DNA of 64,000 nt from Lama guanicoe (Eukaryota): assembly GCA_013239625.1 (NCBI GenBank), contig MU053561.1, forward strand, positions 312,826 through 376,825, read 5' to 3'. The notes below the pieces were generated by a model, which worked only from the letters and a program-made list of their open reading frames with translations, was not told the origin of the DNA and searched no databases. This document shows, one piece after another, positions 24,723 through 39,931 of the stretch. Numbering within the stretch: position 1 is the first letter of the stretch; each line of letters opens with the position of its first letter. The translations under genes and the position numbers were made by a program.

Positions 24723-26953
24723 TTAAGTGCTTTTTATTTCTAATTCATTTAATCTTTAAAACAACCTTTTGGGTAGGCCTTGTTAATTACCCCCAGAGAG
24801 GAAAGGAAGTTTAACTATCTTGCCCAGCTTCACTCAGCTGCCACATGGCAAGGGTGAGGATTGAATCGAGGCACTTTGGCCCCAGAAGCCATGCTTCAAT
24901 CATGAATTAACTTTTTCACCTACTTGCCTTCTTACCTACCTGCCTACCTACCTACCTACCCAATGACAGGAAAGAACTACCTCAAAAATAGTTATAAAAA
25001 GAAAGCATTTTATTTCTTATCTATTGTGGTTATGTTGAAATGCTTCTGCTTTCTCAGCCTGACTGTGGTTGGTGGTTGGTGCATTCAGTTAGTTGCAGCC
25101 TTGGCTAATAAAAGTTCAGGGTCAAAGTTTCAATTCCTTATAGTTTGGGTGCAAAGGTTTCATCACCTCCTTGATACCCTAGTCAACCAAATTTAGTCTT
25201 AGTCACCAGGAAGATCAAGTTAGGTGGAGGATAACCAATACCAGTTCTAGGACACCACCAAACCACAAATTCTAACAGTGGTGGGCCAGGACCCCTTATT
25301 TCCCTCCCACACTCTAAAGCTATCTTTAATTTTTCTAAAGAATATTTCCATTAAGAGTACTAGACTAGGAATACAGACCTCAGTTGTTCAGGGACTATAC
25401 TTGATAGATCTGTGGGCTTAAATAATTCAACATTTTTCTGACTCATTAGTCCATTTGTAAGACTTTCATGTGATTAAACAGATATATGAGTAATATGATT
25501 AATTTTTAAAAATTCCAAGTGTATGAAATTTTTCATAGTCTTTCTTGAGCTTACTTAATGATTCATCTACTTGAATGGATGGAGTAACAAATACCTGGAG
25601 AAATAGAATTTTCTTCAGTCAGGCTTTCAGTTATCCTCATCTTCTACAAAGTGATTTCCTTTGGTCTCTGGGTTTTTGGTTTTGGGTTTTTGGTGACTTG
25701 GTTCATATGCATTTACATGAATGCTACTGTATTCAGAGAAACCAGCTATGTTCCAGTGTAACGGAGCAGATGTTGAATGCCACCATAGCTTGTGGTAAGG
25801 AATGAATAAAGCAAGGTGTAACTGATGTTTGTCCCACTCAGCAGACTATAAACGCCCCCAAAGCAGGGACTCTTTCTTTCCCTCACTTATATCGTAGTCT
25901 GGTATAATGCCAATAAGTGTTTTGAGTGAGAGAGGAAACTTAAGGGACATTTTGAAGAGGCCAAATAGTTCATCATACTGTATTTCAAATAAAAGAATGT
26001 TTACTCAGTGAACACTTTTCTCTTGTTTTAAAGCTAGTAGTCTTCTATTTTAATAGCTAAGGGATTTGGTAGCAAGGAGAGAGAAAGAAAAAAGCTTAAC
26101 ATGTATAAATTACAGAGGAACATACAATAGACAGGGTGAAGTTTGGTGTACTAGTTTCATTTTTCAGAAAAGGGAAAAATCAAGAGGAAGGAAGCAATGA
26201 TATAAATATGGAGAGGAGGATGAAGGAATTGAAGGGTTGGTAAGTTTAATTAGTAATAATGCCACTCCATATTCAGATAGCTTTTTATATTTATATTGTA
26301 CTTTACTCATGAAGTGGCACTTACAACAACCTAGGAAGGCAGGCTGGGCAGATGAAATCAGACTCATTTTACTGATGAGGAAGCTGCTTCAGCGTTTGTA
26401 ACTTACCATGCATTAAACAGCTTATAAGCAGTGAGGTTGGAACTTGACCCATATTTCAGACTTCAAGTTTAGTATTTTTCTTATGCCCCACCCCCACCCC
26501 ATGTGATTTTCCCAAGCAGTCATCCTAAGGAAAAAAAAAGGAATTTAAATTTAATTAGGTAATCTTTTATCTGTTCTTCCCATTAATCTAGCATGGAGCT
26601 GGGGAAAATCTAATAACTTTTTTTTTTTAGAACCAGTAAATAGCTGTCCTGAGTAGACGTTTATCTTCACTGGGATTTTATTTCATGAAAACACTTTGAA
26701 ATACTTGTGAGGTAACTATGAAGGCATGTCATTGACCTCATGAGTCATTTTAACTGTCTAACTATGCTTGAGGCAAGAGAAGACAAAATATTGGGGGATT
26801 TTTTATATGGTGAGGCTTGGGTTGACCAGATGCTAGCTATTGAACTTGACTAATGAAGTCAGTCTGTTCTGCTGACTATGTCTTGTGAAGAAGAGCAGAT
26901 CACATCACCTGTATGAGAATTTACCATTTTCTCTTATTCTTCTCTTTTCCTAG

Positions 26954-27076
26954 GTTTTGAAGGGGTCACCTGTGAGCGGAATATTGATGACTGCCCTAAC
27001 CACAAGTGTCAGAATGGAGGGGTTTGTGTGGATGGGGTCAATACTTACAACTGCCGCTGCCCCCCTCAGTGGACAG
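26954..27076 (+). CDS. NOTCH2: NOTCH2 exon 5 (123 nt; EGF7)
   Basis: tcttttcctag|GTTTTGAA...TGGACAG|gtatgt; [41 protein letters not shown]; this frame is missing from the ORF track. Confidence 0.97.
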
Positions 27077-27418
27077 GTATGTACAGTGTGATGAGTCAGG
27101 CAGAACGGGACGTAGACTGGTAACCAGAGGCAGGCTGTTGTTGAAGTTATTTTACAAGGATCTCTGTGCTACACCATTAGGTATAGTGCTAACCCTGTGT
27201 GCTACCTCACGCTCACTTAAAGAAAGAAATGTTTGCACAGGAATTCATGGGCAGCTACTCTGAACTCAGCAATATGCTAAGTGCTGTGGCAGATGTGAGA
27301 GAAGAGCGCTGTTGACACACTCTGAGGCTATTAGCTGGCAAAAACAGTACATTGCCTGGAACATAGTAGGTATTTGTTATGTACTTGAGAGGAAAAGAAC
27401 ATACTTAAATGCAAAAAT

Positions 27419-27600
27419 ATAAATGTTCTTACCACATACACACAAGAAATGGTAACTGTGAAGTAATGGATGTGTTAACTAATCTTTTTACGGTAATAAT
27501 TTCACAATGTATGTATATCAAATCATCACATTGTACTCCTTAAACTTACACAATGTTACATACCAAGTGTACCTCAATAAAACCGGAAAGGAGAAAGAAA
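27419..27600 (+). mobile_element. L1MA/MB extreme 3' end
   Basis: aaatgttcttaccac...aatggtaactgtgaagtaatggatgtgttaac...acctcaataaaacc plus A-rich tail. Confidence 0.8.
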
Positions 27601-30600
27601 CTACAACTTGTCAAGTTTTGGTGGAGTATCAAAGTATATTCATAATTATATGAAAAGGCTATTAAAATACCCTTTCTCTCCCAACTAAAAAAAGGGGAGA
27701 AAGTAAGTTATGCTGACTGCAAGAGTTCAAAGCTTATTGTTTATTCAAAGACAGAAATATGATCTTATTGTGGCCTATAATTATACAAAGGATTGGGCAG
27801 TTCCTCTTGATGAAATTATTTTTGTGACACCCATCTGCCTTTTTTTTTCCTTTTTTGTATCCCTTTTTGCACATAAACTTTTCTGTCTCTGACACCAGAA
27901 GAGTAGTCCTGCTTAAATTTACAACCTCTTGGAAGTTCCTGATGTTGCCTTAGGCAAATTTTTCCTCGTATTTTTGAAATTAAGTGATTTCATGCAGACA
28001 TTTGGTTCCAATTTCTGTTTGTATCTGTTTATCTCACTGAAAGTGGAGACAGGTAAGAACTGATTAAGTGATTAAGAACTGAGCCTTTCTGAGAGAAAGT
28101 GATTGATTTAATGTGGAAACCCAAGAATAAGTTAATGTTATAAGGAAGAAACTACGGTGGCGGTGGCAGTACCAGTGAGGGATTGTGCCCAGCAAAGAAG
28201 TCTTGATCTTGGATTGCTGTTGTTACTACCTGGTATTCTTTAGAGTCTCTGGATTGCCTTCCCTCATCTGTAGCAGCTAATTATTTAGAGTACTCTTTAG
28301 AGCTGTAGACTATGAACAGAAAAAGATTAAAGGGGCTAAAAACTTCAATAACATGATTTCCTGGAAGGGCACAGATTTCTGCTTTTAATCCCTAAACTGT
28401 CTTTTTTAATACACTCCCACCGGGTTTCCCTAAAATTGGACTTCCCCTAGAATTTCTTCTTGGTGTCTTGATCCTAAGACTTCACTCCCAACCCTCTGTT
28501 TTTTTCTGTCATATTCTATCTTCTCCTTAGCTTTTGCCATTTCTCTGGTGATTTTTCATAGGTCTTTTTTTTTTTCAGCATAAGAAGATTACTGTAAAGT
28601 TAATTATGTGACAAATAGTTAATTGGAAAGATTTGAATTTTTCTCTTTTTAATGATCCTCACAGTGGTATTGGGCAGGGTGAGATACCTGTTAGGAACTT
28701 GACCTCATTCTAATCTCTTCCTTGCCCCGTGGGAGGGAGAGAGTGGCTCTGTGTGGTACCAAGGCTCCTGATGCCACTGAAGATTAAATGATAACTGCCA
28801 CTGAAGATTTCATTGCTGATTTTTCTTTGATACTACACTCAGTTTCTTGGTTTGATATTAATTAGGAAGGCTTGATCTTGGGGGAAACTTTCCCAGTGAA
28901 ACGATATTTTACCAAAATTTCCAAAATTTCTTGCCCCAAGATGTTTAATAAATACCTTTTTTTCTATGAAAGTCCTTATGTTTCTTTCTCCATGTGTTTT
29001 TATACTTCTTTTAGAAAGGGTGGCAGAAATGATAGGTAAATTCAGTGTGTCAGGTTTATTTCTTTCAATCTGCTGTCATTTAAAGTACCCTCAGTCTTTG
29101 GTTTCCCACCACAGGTTTCCTTCCCCCTTTTCCACTCATGCCAATTCTTTGATTTCCAATGACAGCCTTGTTTTTTGCTGTCCCCATCACCAACAGGCTA
29201 GAGTCCTAAGTTCTTCCTGTAATGAAGTCCTCCCTGGCGTCAGCTCCATCTGCTTCTTCGGGCTTCTCAAGCATCCAGCAGCACTTCATTTCCAGCAATA
29301 AGAACTGCTTTCAGTTCTCCTGGATCTGCCACGTCCTGTGTTTTCATTCACACCATTTCTTTTCCGTAAATTTTTCTTCTCCACTCCTCCCCCTATAGTC
29401 CTCACCATTTTTGCCTGCCTGGCTCAGATCAAGTGGTTACCTCCTTCAGGAAGCCCTCCGTGACCTCCCTCTGGGCTAAGTGTTACCCTCGGGGCTCCCT
29501 TACTACCCCATACACTCCTCTGTGATAACGCTCACCACATTAATATTAGTGTTGTTATATGCTTGAGGGGAGGGAATGGGGTCGTTGAACTGTTGGTGAC
29601 ACGGGTAGCTAGAGCTCTTTACAGACCTTTGTTCTCAGTAACATATGGCTGAGTTGTTCATGAGCCCAGCCCCACTTCATTCTGAGAAGAGTAGAAAGAA
29701 AACTTTGGGTTGTAGGGTTCCTATTTCTATTGATATTAGAGCTATAAATAAATTCAGGTTAGCATTTTCTGCCTTACACAAACTAAAGAAGTGAATGGGA
29801 TTGGGGACTGAGAGTTAACTAATGTTTATTGGTACCCAAATAATGTGCCAATTACACAGTTTTATTTTGTGTAATCCTCTCAATAACTGTATGAAGGGTA
29901 GAGTTTTTAAAATATTCTTTTTACAGACGATGGTGGTTAAACAATTTACTCAAGACACGTAGTGGTTGGGTCAGTGTTTGAATCTAGGCTTGTTGAACTC
30001 CAAATTGGTGCTCAAATCTGTGATCTTTAAAAAAGAAATGCAAATTGCCTCTGGGTTGTCTTTAACATTTTTTTTATTTATTAGGGACTTAAATTGTTAT
30101 GAAGCGTTTTAAGATGTTTTGAATATGTTGTTACATAAAATATAATGTTAAAGTTAATTTCACCAGTTTCTTTTTCCTTTTCCCAGAAAACTCAGAACGG
30201 CATCTGTATTGCCTATGAAAGTTCTATTGCACAACACTGCTTCAGGTGCAAAGATGCACTATGTAGAATCATCCTCTCTGATCTTGGGTGTTGTAGGGAT
30301 GGACATGGCGCTATCCTGGAGGGGACCTTGTGTTGGCCTCACTAGAAGAAAGTATGGTGGCCATATTTTGGTGTGTTTTACACATCAGGTGTGGACAAAA
30401 CTGTGTTCTAGCCCAGTGCAGAGCACTTTTACCTGACATGGTTATCTAGAATAGTATTAATTTGTGCCTTCAGAGGCTACCACTCTTTCAGACAAACTAA
30501 AGCCAAGGTGTAAGAAAGGAATTGCTGCTGGGGGTTGGGCAAATGGCTTACTTTTTTAATAGGAATCTTGTTATAGACATGTCAGTAGTTGAATATTCCT

Positions 30601-31769
30601 TTAGGAAATGGAAGTATACCTAAGGATTTGATAAAGCCTGAGCACAAATGTCTTGACTATTACTGTGTTTGGCTCCAAGCCATCTTATGAGAGTTCTGTT
30701 CTGGCAGATATCCACTTAAGAAAAAAAAAAGGTTATAAAAGTTCCCCAAATTAATTGAAATAGTGTAGATTAATGTTTTGTCTACATAGGTTGTTATTTG
30801 AATTTTTCTTTTAAAGGTTCATTTCCTTCAGAATTAAAGTCGACTCTAAACTCAGCTCACGAATTCCTCTCTGGCAGCTTTTGGTTTTGGGTTCACTCCT
30901 AGGGCAGACGTGATTTATTTTCCTGTGCTTGTTATTAACCCAGAAATGTAATTTCAGCTTGGGCTTAGAATAGTGCTTTGGGACACTAAGCAGAAGTGAA
31001 CAATGGAAGTTAGGTGGATATAAGTCAAATAAAACCAACCACATTTTCTCTCAGCTCTCCTTTATAGCATGATGAGCCTAAAGCGTTGGTTAAGATTCCC
31101 TTTGCTGTCAGTTGCTCCAACTTCAGTAAAAATTTTTGGCATGAATCAACAAGTACATACTGCCAGAGGTGGTGTCTGGAAATGGAGTCTTTTCATGGTG
31201 GTATTTTGATTTGGAACTCAATGCTGCTGTTTCAGTCCTGACTCTAGTGGGTGCAAACTATTCTCCAGAATGAGGCTTTTGTCACGACCACTTTTCTGTT
31301 TTTTTCATACCATACGAATGGAGCTTTTTGGTTGAGGGTGGAAATTAAGTGTATCTGGGACTGCAAAAATTTTTTCATTTGTATTCTGCATGGGAGAATG
31401 GGAAAATGCGTTTCCCATTTCAGTTTCTTTGCTGTCAGCTCAAATGTGAAGACATGAAAATAAGCCTGTTTTCTGGAATTCTGCTTCCTCTCCCACTTCA
31501 GTTTGCTATCATTTGGGCAGACTGCCAGAGTGCTAACCTGAAGGACCCTCATCCCAGAGGTCTCAGAGCTGATAGTGGTCACGTTGGTGGGAACAGGGTG
31601 AGTGATTACAGTGACCCAATACAAAATGCGGGAGATGAGACTGAGGGATATTTTTTGTCCTCATGGCCCATGACTCCATGTCTGACTTTTGCTACATCCC
31701 AGGAAAGATCCAGTTTCATTCATGATTTTTCAAGCCCTCACAGAAGGGTTGTAAGATATCTTCAATAGC

Positions 31770-33290
31770 AGATATTTATTGAATAACTAAGTTATATCCA
31801 ATACACTATGATGGATGCTCTCAGAGACACAAAGAAGAAATATATCATTTCCTATCTTTTAGAATGATCATATTCACTAGAAAAAATAAGGAAGTCTACA
31901 CATAACCACAATAGGAGTTAAAAAGTAGGAATAATCGTGAGTTTGAAAGCAACATGGATAGGAATTGAGGACCATCTAAGTACTTGGGGTGAGAGGGAAA
32001 ATTGAGAAAAGTTAATTTCTGTTTTAAATAAGAGTAGTGGGAGAATATGGGGAATATTGACAGAGATAAAGAAATAGGCTAGAGATGGCAGCAAGTTTGA
32101 GGTGAATTTTCCAAATGAAAACATTTAGCAGTAAGACTTAGAAGGAAAAATGGAGGTAGAGGCTAGATACTCAGATTTTGAGTCTTGCTTTTAGTTACCT
32201 TGGAAATGTATCAAGTCAATAAGGAAAGTGTGTGGACTGAGAAGGTCAGAGGGTTTGGATCTGAATTGCGAAATATGTCTACATTTAAGAAAATAGATGA
32301 GGAAATGGGTCCAAAGACTGAAGGTGAAAGAAGGGGATGCGTGAGGGTTGGGAAGCTCTGCCATTATAGCATCACTGAGTCAGGAGGTGCATTTTAAAAT
32401 TGTGCCTTCGACTCAACTCTGCATGTTTCTGTTATATGCCCTGTATTATTTTGCTGCTCACACTGGTTTATATGCTTACTTTGCCTAATACACTCAGTGT
32501 CTGGAGAATCAGGAACTGGTCTTACTTATTTTCCATTCCCAGGACTAATTTTAACAATTGGTGGCTACTGAATGAATGACAACCAGGAGACTCAAATAAG
32601 AATGATAATTGCAAAGAGTTAGAATTTCTGAGGTCACTGGAAATCTCCTAAAATGGAATTTCAATATGAAGGAGAGAAGAAAGCCAGATTGCAAGAAGTT
32701 AAAGAGAAAGATGGACGTTGAGGAAGGAATAAAGGGACGAGTGGGTATAGATCACATATTCAAGACTTTGTACAGCTAAAAAAAAAAAAGAGAGGGAGGG
32801 AGAGATACAGGGCAGCAGCTATGGGAGACAGAAACTTCATTCACGTGACCAACCATAGAATCTTGACTGGACTAAGAGTTAAAGCAGCTGGAAGGGGATT
32901 GGTTAGTGAATTGGGTTATTTAGGAGTGGTTTACTCTTACAATGTTTACTGGGGAATAAATTATGTGAAATAGTTGTTGGGAATGGGAAAGAAGGAAGAT
33001 TGGAAGTTATAGTCAGAGAGTAGAAATACCAAGTTTGAGATTTTGGAGTTGGAAAAATGAGTGTCTTATAATGAGATCCAGAATGTGAGTCTGTTTGTGA
33101 TAAATGAGTGGATGTGGAGGTCTGTTGAGTTGAGAAAAATAAAAACTCTTGGCTTAGATGATCTTATAGGTCCTCAACCCAGATGTTGATTTCATGGGAG
33201 ATGGGAGAGCAGAGAATGAGAAGAACGTAAGTCATTCAAGAAAGTGGAAATTGGTCCATGAGGACAGTAGACAGAGGTGAAATGATTTAA
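31770..33290 (-). mobile_element. Degenerate L2 fragments
   Basis: Purine-rich antisense L2 motifs beginning atatttattgaataact; boundaries approximate. Confidence 0.5.
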
Positions 33291-33329
33291 AGTATAGTGT
33301 TTAGTGTTTTTTTTTTAAATTTTAATGGT

Positions 33330-35050
33330 ATACATGTTTAGAATAATTTGGATTTGAATCCATCTCTCTACTTCTTTTCTGTTGAAACTATATACTAATT
33401 GCCTTTTCTGTAACATGAGGAATGAGCATACTTTTACTTATATCTTCTATTCACTGTCCAAATTTTGTTTATATGATGTGGGATTTTAAAATTCATATTA
33501 TAGTATTATTATTATTACTGAATTTAAAAATCTTATACATGTTCTTTTAAAATTATTGATATTTATGCTGTTTTATAATCTAATTTATAATACTTGAGAC
33601 TTAGTTCTGTGTTTAGTCTGTGTTGTGTTAACTGCCAGTACGTTTATATCACAACCTTCACATTGCCGAGTTTTTATTTTCATTTATTTTTTCAGTCAAA
33701 TGAGTGCATCTCTGAGTAATTTTTTTTCCAGAAAAGTTATATGTTAACGTATCTCTAGAGCTCTTGGATATTTGAAAAAATATCTTTTGATTTAGTTGCC
33801 TTCATACACAAATGGCACTTTGTATATATATTGAATTCTTGGGTCAGAAATTATATTCCTATGAAGTCCTTAACGTAGTTCCTTTGCTGCTTGTAGTGAG
33901 TAGCACAGGGAAGTCCTGTGCTTATGAGTCAGTTTTGCTCTCCCTCTCCTTCTTCCTGCCTCTCTCCCTCCCAGTCTCCTCTCCTCTTGCCCTCTCCTTT
34001 CTCCTCTCTCCTCTCTTTAAAATCAGATCTTTAACCAACATTGGTATAGGTATATTTCCTATTGTTTTTTCCTAGTTCTTTTAGGACCTCTGTATCTGCA
34101 GGCTTAGAATTTCTCACCTGAGGAAAGATGGTGTTTTCATTGTTTTTTTTGTGTCTTCAGCTTTATACTAGATCTTCATTCTTCCCCGTAGTTAAAACCT
34201 TTTCCCTCAATATTTTAATCTGCTTGTCTTTTCCTTTGCATTTCATGAGCGCTTTTTAAGCTTTTCCTTCATAACTGATTTATTTTTCTTCACTGGCAGT
34301 TCTGTCCTTTATAGTTTACAGTTCTGATTTGTATTTGAACTGCATTTTTGTATTTTCATGATATTTACTCATTGCATCTAGGTCCTCTCGATTTCTGCCT
34401 TTCCCTCAGCCTGCCCCCATTTCAGCAGAGTATGATGGCCTCTATTGTTTTTCATTTCATTTTAAAACCTACATAAATCTAAATTTCTTGAGAATACAGA
34501 ACCAGTTCTTGCTAACGTGTATTAGTTGCTAGAAGTGCACATTTTTCACAAGTATGCTCTTCATCTTTATCTTAAGTGGTATATATTTGTCTTACATTGC
34601 AAAATGTCCATAGGTCTCAGGTTGTTTTTTGTTTGTTTGTTTTACTCATTCTGCTCATAGTGACAGCTTCCCAATGAAAAGAGTAGGTTCATTCTCTTTG
34701 GAACCCCTGTACAGTTAGTTCTTTCTCCCAGTGAGATGAAGGGCTCTTTATGTAAACTATTTAACAGCCCAGCAGCCCAAGGAGGTGGGGAGAGAGTCAG
34801 AGTGTGGGCTTGCTAGCAGAGAGACAGAAGCTTCACACCATTTTGTCCTCTTTGTGGAGAAGCCTCTGTGCCAGGGGTCAGCTTTCTGAACATCAAGCAC
34901 TGGCAGAGCATCCACTGCTCCCATACAGTGGCTGAGCCTGGGTGATCTTTCGTGCTGTTGCATCTGGAATTTGCCCCGGAATCACTGCAGACTTTCTCGT
35001 TGCCATAGTGGCCACAGGAGCCCCAGGACTCCCCAGTGCTTTAATTTGCA
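33330..35050 (-). mobile_element. Ancient L1-class (L1M/HAL1-like) fragment
   Basis: Long T-rich tract with antisense old-L1 character (tatattgaattcttgggtcagaaattatattcc); family uncertain. Confidence 0.45.
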
Positions 35051-35099
35051 TTTGACCTGCAAGGGTGGGGTGGGGTTCAGTCCATTTTCCAGTCAGCAG

Positions 35100-36108
<1,009 letters not shown>

Positions 36109-36809
36109 GAGCATTAAACTTTACAGGTGTTCCTGGTCCAAACTCATGCCTCTAAATTCAGGACTGTTATTGGGTCCTGTCAGGGTCTCTTCTCCTTACT
36201 TCCCTGAGATATTTTTGTATCTTTCTTCAATGGACCAGGTCTGTACCATGTCTGTAAGTCTGGACTAATTTTGTTTAAGAGGATTCCATTTGACAATCAA
36301 TGTAAGCATTCATCACAGTGTCTAGTACCAAAAAATAGCTTAATAAATGTGTTTTTTACTGTTTGAAGTCAATAGCAGCATTGGGAAACAAAGAAAAGAT
36401 GATTCTTTGCCTATTCACCTTGATGCAGACGGTGAGTGGAAGAGGAGGACCTCTTCTGAGGAGGGCTGACTGCTAACTGGGATATAGTCTTTAGGGAAAT
36501 CTTGGGCTTCAGTTGGAGAAGGAAGGTACCCACCACAGTGTAGAGTTACCTTTGAGACGTGGTTGAAGGATTAAGGTCAAAAGGTAAGATGAATTTGGTG
36601 AGGTGTCAGTGAGATGGGGTTCAGCAGCTGAGGAAGAGGGTAGAATGAGAGGTGTGTGCACTGATGGGTGGACGTGGATAAGGGGAGGATGGTCTTTGGG
36701 ACATGAGTAGAATAGAGTCACCCTAAAGGTGTGTGGGAGATGGGTTGAAAGATGATGATTATTTTGAGATTAGAATGACTTAAGTGAGAGGAGGCAAGAG
36801 CACATAAAA

Positions 36810-37460
36810 TTTGTTTAACGAATGTTTTTGATTACTTCTCAAGAAGTATTATTAGCTGGGCACTGTGCTAAGTGCTGAGGATTCACTGATGAAGTAAACA
36901 GCTGCCATCCATTTCTCCATGGAACTTACAGTCTAGGGAGAAGCACAGACACCAATCATAAGTATCTGTGAGATTGTGAACTGTAGTAAATGCCTAGGAG
37001 GCAAAGTAGAGGTTTTAGGAGAGCATATTAATAGGCAGAACTCACTGAGTTTGGGGCAGGCATGTAATATCTCTTTGAGACGGCATCATTTCAGCTGTGG
37101 ACAGTGGGTGTGAATTATTAGGGGAAAGGTGAGCATATGACTGCTCCAGGTACAAGGAACAGGTTTGCAAAGGCCCCAAGGAGGGAACGATTGTTATCAT
37201 GTTGAGAAATGATAAAAGCCAGAGTAGCTGGAACTAGTGGTGCTTCAAGGGGAGAGACTTCAGAGGTAGCCAGAAAATGCAAACAGGATTTGGAACTGTA
37301 TCCTAATATATGGAGATCATCAGAGGGCTTGAACAGGCAAATGGCACAATCACTATACATGTTGAGATCATGCTGGTAACTCTTTATAAAATATACTGAT
37401 CAAGATGCAGGGAAACCAGGCTTTTGAGGAGTCCTGAAAAAGATGATGGTGTCTAGGATT
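36810..37460 (-). mobile_element. L2 LINE fragment
   Basis: ggcactgtgctaagtgctgaggat...atggaacttacagtctagggag...tttgcaaaggccccaagg. Confidence 0.7.
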
Positions 37461-39126
37461 AGCGGGAACATTCACTGAAATTCTTAGGTTTATCTGCATG
37501 TGTATCCCCCACACTTAGAGGATCCCCTTAGCCACTTGTAACCCCAGCCTCATCTACACACTTGTGTCCTTGTGTATTAGTGCACACACACAACCTCTCA
37601 TTAGGCAGACTTGGTAGACTCCAGTGTTTATACAGATTGTTTCAACCAGCTTTAGTCCCAGGAGACTGTAGAACATTCCAGCCTGTTCTCTGCCCTTTCA
37701 CTTCAGGAGCAAAACGGAAAAAATCTCCCATGTATACGGAGAAGGTTTGCAGGACAGAGATTATCAGAATGCCCTGCAAACTCAGAAGCCAGGGTGACTA
37801 CTGGCTGGAAAGGTATTTTGGAGACTGAATTCTCCTGATTTAACCATAGAAGAGGAGGTAGCAGGGTCAGTGCAAGGGCCAGCCACGCTCAATTTTCATA
37901 TGTTCTTCGTGTGGTGATTGTTGTTGCCAAGAGAGTTGACCCTTAACAGGGCTACTGATGTGATAAAAGTCCCGCCCCCCACTTTACAGTTGAGAGGTGA
38001 CTAGGAAGGGTGAGAACTTCTTCCCGAAGTGCTAAGGCTCAGTGATCATTTCTTTTCTTACCCTTTTCATCCTTCCTTCTCTCATTTCCCATTCACTTGT
38101 AACTTCTAGTCAGTTGGATGGTTTGTTTGTGGTATCTTGAGAGAACCATGAGGAGCTGTTCGTATCCTGGTATGTTGCAGCTCATCAGATGGTGTCTGTT
38201 TAGTGGTCCACAGCTCACATGGCCAGAACTTGATGCAAGTGAGGCCCAGGTCATGGTCTCTGTGTCAGTACAATCCTGTTGGGTTCACTCTGTTACATTT
38301 ACTGCCATAGGCTGGGCTGTAATCTTACTTATACATCCTTTGCTTTCAACACCATACTATGGTGAATAAGGAAATGTCATGAACCCTACTACTACAAAAC
38401 CAACATGGCATACTTATTCTTCTAATGGTGAGTTAGCGGTATTTTCTTCTTTTGTGGTATGACTTAGATATCTTGCTCTTCCCCTGTGTTTCTCAATCCT
38501 GCCCATTCCCTCAACAGTCATTTTGAAGACTAATTTGAAATGTTGTGATCTCACATCTCATTGACCTTTTCAGCATTTAATTTCCATTTTTAAATTTTGC
38601 CTATTTCTAAATCTTCCAACTAGCTGTACAAAGGAGACAAGTCACTGTACCTCTCTGTTTCTAGTTTCATCTGTAAAATGAGCACATTAGAGTGAATCTG
38701 AGGTCTGAGGTCTATTTCACCACTGACACCAAGTACAGTGGTACAGTGGTGCAGTGCCTGACATGTAAACTGAGGTGAATGGCCAACAGAGTCCCTGCTG
38801 TCATGGAACTTATAGTCTATTAGACAGAGACTGTAACATGTAAATAAATATAAAATTATACCATTTGATAAATGTCAAGATAGACTGAATAGAGTAAATG
38901 CAATGAAGGAGAAAAATGGAGAAATGTGAATTTGAAAATCTACTCAAATTATAAGACAGGTCAAGGTGTGAGATGTAACTAGCCATAAAATAAGAGAGGG
39001 AAGAATATTTGAGATGGAGAGAACAGGATATGTAGAGGCTCTGAGGTAGGAAGGAACTTAATATTTAAGGAACCAGCAGTAAGTCATTGTGACTAGAGTA
39101 AAATATATGAAGAAAAGAGAGATATT

Positions 39127-39931
39127 TGAGATACATTTTTAAATTTTTTTATCAATATATTTAAAAAAATTTTTTACATCAGGTAATTTCTACAAATCAA
39201 TCATCAAGTTAACTAATTCTATTTTAAATTTTATTTTAAGTAATTTAGTAATTTTTTCATATCAACTATTAAAATTTCCACTAGCTTATTTTTTATAATT
39301 TATATTTCCCTATATGATATCTTACTTATGGAGCTGCCGACATTATATCTTCCTTGAATTCTTTTTTTAATTGAAATATAGTTGGTGTACAGTATTATAT
39401 AAATTCAGGTATACACTATAGTGATTCACAGTTTTAAAGGTTATATTCCATTTATAGTTATTATAGAATATTGGCTATATTCCCTGTGTTACAAGGATAC
39501 TATGTAATGATAAAGGGATCAATCCAAGAAGATGATATAACAATTGTAAATATATATATATGCAACATCAGAGCGCCTAAATATGTAAATCAAACATTAA
39601 TAGACATAAGGGGGGAATCAATAGTAGTACAGTAATAGTAGGGGACTTTAACACCCCACTTACATCAATGGACAGATCATGCAGACAGAAAATCAATAAG
39701 GAAACAGTTCCCTTTAATGGCACATTAAACAGATGGACTTAATTGATGTATACAGAACACTCCATATGAAAGCAGCAGAGTATATATTGCACATGGAATA
39801 CTCTCGAGGATAGATCTTATGCTAGGGCATCAAAGAATCTTCAGTAAAAAAAAAAACCCTTGAAATCGTATCAAGCATCTTTTCCAACCACAAAGCTATG
39901 AGACTATAAATCAACTATATGAGATACATTT
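39127..39931 (-). mobile_element. L1 insertion with 5' inversion and probable 3' transduction, 12-bp TSD
   Basis: TSD TGAGATACATTT at 39127-39138 and 39920-39931; antisense L1 3' end at 39362-39494; plus-strand ORF2 endonuclease fragment at 39495-39919 (GYYVMIKGSIQ..VIVGDFNTPLTSMDR). Confidence 0.85.

Noticed and set aside
28772..28809. 14-bp direct repeat TGCCACTGAAGATT (24-bp period); similar micro-duplications near 18885, 28064 and 38733
   Set aside because: Only 2-3 units, consistent with ordinary slippage. There is no array or spacer structure, so it is not CRISPR-like.
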